A stretch of DNA of 64,000 nucleotides. Source: Microthyrium microscopicum (lineage: Eukaryota). The notes under the pieces were generated by a model, which was not told the origin of the DNA, did not search any database, and worked only from the letters and a program-made list of their open reading frames with translations. Every line of letters starts with the position of its first letter. Position 1 is the first letter of the stretch. The stretch is from contig MU004230.1 in NCBI GenBank assembly GCA_010405405.1, positions 3,258,627 through 3,322,626 of the forward strand, read 5' to 3'. Positions 63,301 to 64,000 of the stretch are shown here, in pieces. The position numbers and the translations under genes are program-made.

Positions 63301-64000
63301 AATTAGGATTTTTGTTAGTCTAATATTAAGTTAGTATTCTTTTTAATAATAAAAGGAAGTAGATAAATTCTTACCTATTAGTTATCTTATTACTAATATA
63401 TGTTTCTTTTACGTAAAGCATTGCCTTAATTAATAATATAGTAGGTAGAGATCTAGTACTTTATTAGTATATATATAATTAAGTCCTTAGTAGAGATATA
63501 CTATTACGTTAGATATAACTATCTTTCTAAAAAGAAGCACTATTAGCTATACTTTAATTAATATCTATAATATATACCTAAGTTTATAATTAGCTTTAAT
63601 CTATTAATATAATACTATCCTTATAGATAAAAGACTTCCTAAAAAGATAAAAGAACTAAATATATAATAAGCATCTAGGGTAGGTAAAGTAGTATACTTA
63701 CTTTACTATCCTAGGTATAGTAATAATAAGTAAAAGTAAATATATTAAAAAATAACTACTAAAATAAATAGGGATGCTAAAAGTAATCTCTACTATCTTA
63801 AAGTAGATTAGTAGATAATAGAGTAAATTTAGGACTTACCTAAAGCATAGGTTATAAGCTTAAATCTAGCAAAGGATAGCTTATAATATACTTTTTATGT
63901 TTTTATTTTTATTAGTTATAATATATAAAATATAAGCCTACTATTCTATATCCCTAGATATTCTAAATAAACCCTTAGTTTATTCTTAAAGTCACTAATC

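Larger units (their letters stand above)
56800..64000. other. Second AT-rich RIP-mutated block, continuing beyond the window
   Basis: Abrupt loss of CpA/TpG after ~56.8 kb; the ORF track has no entries in this region. Confidence 0.95.

Noticed and set aside
56800..64000. Starship-type giant element
   Set aside because: No tyrosine-recombinase captain motifs seen; the first gene is a DDE integrase-type relic.
1..64000. rRNA, tRNA, CRISPR arrays, telomeric repeats
   Set aside because: None recognised by eye; a tRNAscan/Rfam run would be needed to exclude small RNA genes.

Overview
Filamentous ascomycete (Pezizomycotina) genomic DNA with GT-AG introns and CTAAC/CTAAT branch points. It alternates between gene-containing, balanced-GC compartments (1-13.1 kb, 34.5-56.8 kb) and very AT-rich compartments mutated by repeat-induced point mutation (RIP) (13.1-34.5 kb, 56.8-64 kb). 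Genes: 3' end of deoxyribose-phosphate aldolase, an S/T/P-rich hypothetical, a single-pass membrane protein with an EGF-like module, a TOL-type HET-domain protein, a Git3/cAMP-receptor-like GPCR, a six-exon secreted protein with PHM/DBH-like copper-ligand spacing, an 894-aa repeat-containing orphan with a C-terminal hydrophobic anchor, a small CxxC protein, PI-phospholipase C, an Mpd1/PrpA-type PDI and a secreted tyrosinase-like protein. Reversing C>T/G>A changes by eye resolves the first AT block into a MULE DNA transposon with ~150-bp TIRs, followed by a piggyBac transposase interrupted by two full-length Ty3/Gypsy elements. Each Gypsy has a perfect 5-bp TSD and an 11-nt self-priming signature with identical geometry. 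The second AT block holds an HTH plus integrase-core (IS3EU-like) transposase relic and at least two more unidentified ORF relics. All de-RIP translations are manual inferences, and no database searches were run.
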